Below the pieces are notes generated by a model that saw only the letters and a program-made list of their open reading frames with translations, was not told the origin of the DNA and did not search any database. A program made the position numbers and the translations under genes. DNA of 64,000 nucleotides, from contig OY759353.1 in NCBI GenBank assembly GCA_963662315.1, positions 3,200,001 to 3,264,000 of the forward strand, written 5' to 3'. The DNA comes from Geopsychrobacteraceae bacterium (GTDB taxonomy: Bacteria > Desulfobacterota > Desulfuromonadia > Desulfuromonadales > Geopsychrobacteraceae). Below, piece after piece: positions 59,031 through 64,000 of this stretch. Position 1 is the stretch's first letter. Each line of letters begins with the position of its first letter.

Positions 59031-60797
59031 TTATTTAAAGTAAAGCATCGACATGATGGCCAAAAAGGCAACGGCCAGAAAAACACCCGCACCCATGGGA
59101 TAGGCATTCAACCCGGTTTGCCGGTCAATGCTCTGCAGCGATTTGCTCTGCTCCGATTCATCGCCACTGGCCTCTGAGCCAAGCTGTACCAGATGACGTT
59201 GAATGCTGCGTGATGGATCTTCAAAAAAGCGGGCCAGTAATTGGGGCAGCTTCTGCATGAAAATACGATCACCGAAGGTGTTGATACCATTAAAAATTTT
59301 GTCGCAGCCATAGATGAATAGGCGCCCACCTTTACGGTAGATCCAATCAGTATCGATTGAAATGGTTTCGGTACGCTTGAGCAATGGCAGCAACATAAAG
59401 AAAGCTAGAGCTGAAAACATCAACAGTTGAAACTGGTTGAGGGTGTGTTCAAAGGTATAGGCATGGAAATCAACGGGGTACGGGAGAATGTCATACAGTG
59501 GCTGCGGATAAATGCCCAGAAAAATACAGACGAATGCCAACAGGGCCATGGCCGCCAGCATATGTTTGGGTGGTTCCCCGGGGCGTAAGCCATTGTCTTT
59601 GGCAAAGAAAACAAAGTAAGGAAATTTGATCCCGGCATGAAGAAAGACTCCAGCTGAGGCAATTTCCAGAATTAACCAGACCCAGAAGAAGCCTTCATGC
59701 ACCCCAGCTTCGATAATCATCGGTTTGCTGGTATAGCCTGACAGAAAAGGAAAGCTGGAAATGGCCAGGGCGCCGATAGTGCCGAATATCAAGGTTAGCG
59801 GCATGGTTTTGTAGAGTCCGCCGAGATCGGTACATTTGCTTTTTCCGGTCATATAGAGCACTGAGCCGGCACTCATCCACAATAAGGCTTTGTAAATGAT
59901 ATGACAAAAGGCATGGGCAACCGCACCGCTGATTGCTAATGATGTACCGATACCGACACCACAAATCATGAAGCCGACCTGATTCATAATGGAGTAGGCG
60001 AGAATCCGTCGCATATCATTTTCAAGAATGGCCCAGATAATACCGTATATAGCCATAACACAGCCAACAAACAGCAAAATCTCCCAGCCGGCAAAGCCGC
60101 GGATAAGTGTGTAAACAGCTGTTTTGGTGGTGTAGGCGGTCATGATAACACCACCAGTCACGGTTGCTTCGGGGTATGCATCTGACAACCAGGCGTTAAA
60201 TGGTGGCGCTGCTGCATTGGTCAGGAAGCCGAGCAGAATTAGGCCGGTTGCCCAACCGTTAGGACTGAATCCGGTAAAAGCAACGGATCCTGTGGAATTA
60301 ATCTGCAGCAGAATTCCCGCGAGCAAGCATAACCCACCGAAAATGTGCATCATAACGTATCTGAAAGCAGCACCGTAGGCGCGTTCAGTTTTGCGGGCAA
60401 GTACCAGAAAGGTTGAGGTGATAGCCATGACTTCCCAGAACAGGTAAAGGGAAATCAGGTCTGAAGCAAAAACTGCGCCCAAGGCTGATCCGATGTAGGC
60501 CAGTGCTGCAGTATGCTCGTAGCGGTCTTTGAGATGTAGCGCGAAAAGAAAACATGCGAAGGCATTGATGGTAAAAACATAACCAAAAGCTTTGCTGAGC
60601 TTGTCGACACGCAACAGGTTCAGATCGAACCCGAACAGATGATAGCCGAGGTAAGTTCCTGGTTCCAGTTGGGTAATTGCCAGAAAGGCCAGCGCCGGAG
60701 CCAGAAGAATAATAACGCGTCTCCCGGCAAGCGGAAGCAACCACAGGAGTATCGCCCCCAACAGGAAGAAAATTGATGGATGCAGGCTAGCGGTCAT
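59031..60797 (-). CDS. Mrp Na+/H+ antiporter subunit, MrpD/A-like
   Basis: FWEVMA, WLSDAYPEA, RRILAYS..NQVG, HAFCH..YKALL. Confidence 0.88.
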   Translation of the reverse strand: MTASLHPSIFFLLGAILLWLLPLAGRRVIILLAPALAFLAITQLEPGTYLGYHLFGFDLNLLRVDKLSKAFGYVFTINAFACFLFALHLKDRYEHTAALAYIGSALGAVFASDLISLYLFWEVMAITSTFLVLARKTERAYGAAFRYVMMHIFGGLCLLAGILLQINSTGSVAFTGFSPNGWATGLILLGFLTNAAAPPFNAWLSDAYPEATVTGGVIMTAYTTKTAVYTLIRGFAGWEILLFVGCVMAIYGIIWAILENDMRRILAYSIMNQVGFMICGVGIGTSLAISGAVAHAFCHIIYKALLWMSAGSVLYMTGKSKCTDLGGLYKTMPLTLIFGTIGALAISSFPFLSGYTSKPMIIEAGVHEGFFWVWLILEIASAGVFLHAGIKFPYFVFFAKDNGLRPGEPPKHMLAAMALLAFVCIFLGIYPQPLYDILPYPVDFHAYTFEHTLNQFQLLMFSALAFFMLLPLLKRTETISIDTDWIYRKGGRLFIYGCDKIFNGINTFGDRIFMQKLPQLLARFFEDPSRSIQRHLVQLGSEASGDESEQSKSLQSIDRQTGLNAYPMGAGVFLAVAFLAIMSMLYFK

Positions 60798-61053
60798 AGT
60801 AATCCTCTTTTTTCTTCAGCGCGAAACCAAGGAACTTGGAAACCAAGATAATGACAACGCAAGAGACAAAACCGAACACAGCATAAAATCCTGGCCAGCC
60901 CTCAAGCGATGAAAACAGAGTGTGTTTGTGAATAAAGAAATCCGGTAGAACCAGCAGAACTAGTACCACGTAAAAGCCGATCTTAAGATTTTTAATATTC
61001 TTGGGACGGTCAAACCAGGTCCAGACTTCGGGCTTTTTATCTTCGGAGTTCAT
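60787..61053 (-). CDS. Small two-TM protein within the mrp operon
   Basis: WFDRP.N, PGFYAVFGF.SCV, KEDYYD; GAGG SD; overlaps the next gene. Confidence 0.75.
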   Translation of the reverse strand: MNSEDKKPEVWTWFDRPKNIKNLKIGFYVVLVLLVLPDFFIHKHTLFSSLEGWPGFYAVFGFVSCVVIILVSKFLGFALKKKEDYYDR

Positions 61054-61066
61054 GGGTCACCTCAAC

Positions 61067-62539
61067 TCATGGAAACAGCGCAAGCTTAGCCAGACGCAAA
61101 AAAATGTCCGGATAAAAAAACAGAGCAACAGACGTGCAAGCCGTAACAGACAAAGGGATCAGACAAAAGATTGGAGCCTCTTTGATTCCTGTATCAAAAA
61201 CCGGGTCAGCAGCTTTGGCAAAATAACCACGATAGACTATCGGGAGAAAATAAGCAGCGTTTAATAACGAGCTGGTCAGTAGGACCAGCAGCAAAATGAT
61301 TTGATTACTGCTGACAGCTCCAATAACCAGGTTCCATTTACTGATAAAACCACCTAATGGCGGCATACCGATAATGCTCAAGGAACCGAGCATAAAGGCA
61401 AAGTAGGTAACTGGCATGCGCCGTCCCAGCCCATCCATCTGACTGATGTATTTTTTTCCGGCGCCGACAAAAATAGCCCCGGCACAGAAAAACAGGGTGA
61501 TTTTGCCAAACGCATGCATGGCAATATGGAGCAGCCCGCCGGTCATTCCTGCCGCTGACAGCATCCCGGCGCCAAGGATCATATAAGAGAGTTGGCCGAT
61601 GGTCGAATAAGCAAGCCTGCGTTTGAGGTTGTCCTGGGTCAGGGCGACCAGGGAGGCGACCAGGATAGTCGTCGAGGCCAGTGCGGTAACGATCCAGCCA
61701 AGATGGGCATTGAGCAGCTCCTGTGGCCCGATAATGTGGAAAATAACACGTAAAATGGAAAAGACACCAACTTTAACGACTGCAACACCGTGCAGAAATG
61801 AACTGACCGGAGTTGGGGCAACCATGGCAGCTGGGAGCCAGCCGTGAAAGGGCATCAGACCTGACTTGGCGAAGCCGAAAAGGAACATGACCAGAATCAG
61901 GGCGAGCAACTGTGGGCTGACACCGCTGTTGGTCAGTATCCCGCCGATTTTGAAATCGAGGGAGCCGGTCAGTGAGTAGACGATAATCATAGCTGGCAGT
62001 GCCAGGCCGATGGAGGTTCCGAGTATGTAAGTTAAATATTTGCGGCCTGATTTTTTGGCTTCATCATTCTGCTCATGAGTCACCAATGGGTAGGTTGATA
62101 ATGACAACATTTCGTAGAACAGATACATGGTCAGCAGATTGGCTGAAAAAGCGACACCCAGAGTTGCAGAAATGGCAACGGCGAACGAAGCAAAATAGCG
62201 GGTCTGGGCATGCTCATCAAGTGTGCGCATGTAGCCGATGGAGTAGAGCGAAGTGAAAAACCAGAGGATCGACGCGACCAGGGCGAAGAACATTCCCATG
62301 GCGTCGACTCGTAAGGCAATGGGAACCCCTTTTACTACTTCTGCGATAGTCCATTCGAAGCCTCCCCCCTTAAGAACCGCTGGCAGCATGCTCGCGACAA
62401 TAATCACTTTGCCAAGGGCGATCAGTATTGTCCAGCCTTCACGCAGGTTGGGGCGACGGTTCGACAACATAATGGGGATCGACCCGATCAGCGAGATTAA
62501 AATGGCCATGAGGGGCCAGATCGAAATGTGATAGTTCAT
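61067..62539 (-). CDS. Mrp antiporter subunit D-family protein
   Basis: FYEMLSL, KSGLMPFHGWLP.AM.APTPVS, LKRRLAYST, HAFGKITLF. Confidence 0.9.
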   Translation of the reverse strand: MNYHISIWPLMAILISLIGSIPIMLSNRRPNLREGWTILIALGKVIIVASMLPAVLKGGGFEWTIAEVVKGVPIALRVDAMGMFFALVASILWFFTSLYSIGYMRTLDEHAQTRYFASFAVAISATLGVAFSANLLTMYLFYEMLSLSTYPLVTHEQNDEAKKSGRKYLTYILGTSIGLALPAMIIVYSLTGSLDFKIGGILTNSGVSPQLLALILVMFLFGFAKSGLMPFHGWLPAAMVAPTPVSSFLHGVAVVKVGVFSILRVIFHIIGPQELLNAHLGWIVTALASTTILVASLVALTQDNLKRRLAYSTIGQLSYMILGAGMLSAAGMTGGLLHIAMHAFGKITLFFCAGAIFVGAGKKYISQMDGLGRRMPVTYFAFMLGSLSIIGMPPLGGFISKWNLVIGAVSSNQIILLLVLLTSSLLNAAYFLPIVYRGYFAKAADPVFDTGIKEAPIFCLIPLSVTACTSVALFFYPDIFLRLAKLALFP

Positions 62540-62611
62540 AATAAACGATGCCCTGTCTTCAACTTATTACAGCAGATAATGTCTCGAATACTAACAAGCC
62601 TGGTTACAGGT

Positions 62612-64000
62612 TTAAAAAGTGACCGGTACCGCCAGTTTGATTATCGACTCTACCAAGGGTCCAGAGTAAAGACCGATGATGATCAGCATGGCGGCTGAGA
62701 TCCACAGGGGAATGCGCATGCTTAACGGAGCCTCATCATACTTTTCGATACCGTGATGCTGCCCGGGGCGGAAAAAATAACCGATTTCAATAATCCGGAA
62801 AAAGATAATGGCATTGACCAGTGAACTGAACAATAGCGCAATCACGTAGCCCCACTGTCCGGCTTCGATACCCCCAAGTAGCAGATACCATTTGCTGAAA
62901 AATCCTGCAGTTGGAGGCACGCCGATCATGGAAAATGCCCCCAGGGTAAACGCCGCCATGGTAAATGGCATTTTGCGGTAAACCCCTTTGAGACTGTCAA
63001 ACTCCAGGTTGCCAAGTTTATAGAGCAGGGCTGCGGCTGACAGGAATAGGCACAGAGTCATCAGCGCATCGTTAACGATGTGCAGGACCGCTCCGGTCAT
63101 GCCAATATTGTTGGCCAGCCACACCCCACCAACCATGTAGCCAACTTCAGCGACAATAATGTACGTCAACATGCGCTTCAGGTTACGTTGCGCCAGAGCC
63201 ATACTTGATCCGCATACGATGGCAATGGTTGCCAGCCAGACCACACCGTTCTGAACCAGCGGATGATCAAAAAACAGGTAGTCGACAGAAAAGACCGAAA
63301 ACATGATCCTGATCATCAGATAAATGGTGACTTTGGTCATCAGCGGCGCCGAGATCAAAGCTGTGCCGGTAGGGGCCAGGGAGTAGGCATTGGGTAGCCA
63401 GCCATGTAGTGGGAACAGGGCCATTTTGACCCACAAGCCGACCAGAATAAAGGCCAGTGCCGTTGCAATGGCTTTGGGACCGTCGGTGTGGATAAGGATG
63501 CCGGCAATGTCCGCCATATTCAGGCTACCGGTCATGATATAGAGATAGCCAACCCCGAGCAGGTAAAAACAGGCGCCAAGAGAACCCATGATGATGTAGT
63601 TGAAGCTGGCCAGCGGAGCTCGCCCCTGTCCCATGGCAATCAGGCCGTAGGTTGTGATGGAGGTGATTTCCAGCAGGACATAAAGGTTGAAGGCATCACC
63701 AGTGAGGATCAATCCGTAAAGACCGGCCACGAAAATCAGATAGAGAGTAAAAAACATATACTCTTTATCCGGTAGTTCTTGAAATACGGATTTAAGTGCC
63801 GAACCTGTAGCCAGCAAAGCTGAGGCAGAAACCAAAACCAGCATCAGTGCTGATAAATGATCAATGACCAGTTCAATCCCGTACGGGGGGCTCCAATGGC
63901 CGACGGTGTAACTGTAGCCGCCGTTACCGAGGACGTGTCCAAGGACAACCACTGACAGTACGGTTGAAACGGCCAGACTGCCAAGGGCAAGAGGCGCAAT
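62612..64000 (-). CDS. mrpD: Mrp antiporter subunit D-family protein, 5' end beyond the window
   Basis: PPYGIE, DAFNLYVLLEI, KMALFPLHGWLPNAY, LKRMLTY, GVPPTAGFFSKWYL. Confidence 0.88.
   Translation of the reverse strand: MAPLALGSLAVSTVLSVVVLGHVLGNGGYSYTVGHWSPPYGIELVIDHLSALMLVLVSASALLATGSALKSVFQELPDKEYMFFTLYLIFVAGLYGLILTGDAFNLYVLLEITSITTYGLIAMGQGRAPLASFNYIIMGSLGACFYLLGVGYLYIMTGSLNMADIAGILIHTDGPKAIATALAFILVGLWVKMALFPLHGWLPNAYSLAPTGTALISAPLMTKVTIYLMIRIMFSVFSVDYLFFDHPLVQNGVVWLATIAIVCGSSMALAQRNLKRMLTYIIVAEVGYMVGGVWLANNIGMTGAVLHIVNDALMTLCLFLSAAALLYKLGNLEFDSLKGVYRKMPFTMAAFTLGAFSMIGVPPTAGFFSKWYLLLGGIEAGQWGYVIALLFSSLVNAIIFFRIIEIGYFFRPGQHHGIEKYDEAPLSMRIPLWISAAMLIIIGLYSGPLVESIIKLAVPVTF

Overview
This is chromosomal DNA from a bacterium whose gene content suggests Desulfuromonadales/Desulfobacterota; that is an inference from the many sigma54 activators, HrcA/CIRCE, RbgA, a multi-MrpD operon and Cache kinases. 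I found no rRNA, tRNA, CRISPR array, prophage or transposase. Recognisable blocks, in order: sigma54 activator, receiver protein and DegQ; ZupT; a RelA/SpoT-TPR protein; TesA/YbbA/YbbP plus a patatin; a MocR regulator with DUF2917; hflKC; rsgA and rsmE; a membrane-stress/lipid cluster; a carboxylate-transport cluster; rbgA and aroC; hemW-hrcA-grpE-dnaK-dnaJ with a perfect CIRCE; and the end of an Mrp antiporter operon. Four observations stand out. (1) A non-canonical Psp-like locus: one sigma54 activator lies between a sigma54-promoter-led PspA plus polytopic membrane protein unit and a sigma54-promoter-led LplT-Aas fusion, which is preceded by an unannotated 49-aa ORF, and a ClsC-like phospholipase D sits next door. 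(2) An OFA transporter with an in-frame four-Cys N-terminal extension and two ribosome-binding sites. (3) A tandem array of about 2.4 copies of a 160-bp palindromic element. (4) A (p)ppGpp-synthetase-like domain fused to TPRs. All family calls come from motif recognition by eye; no database searches were run.
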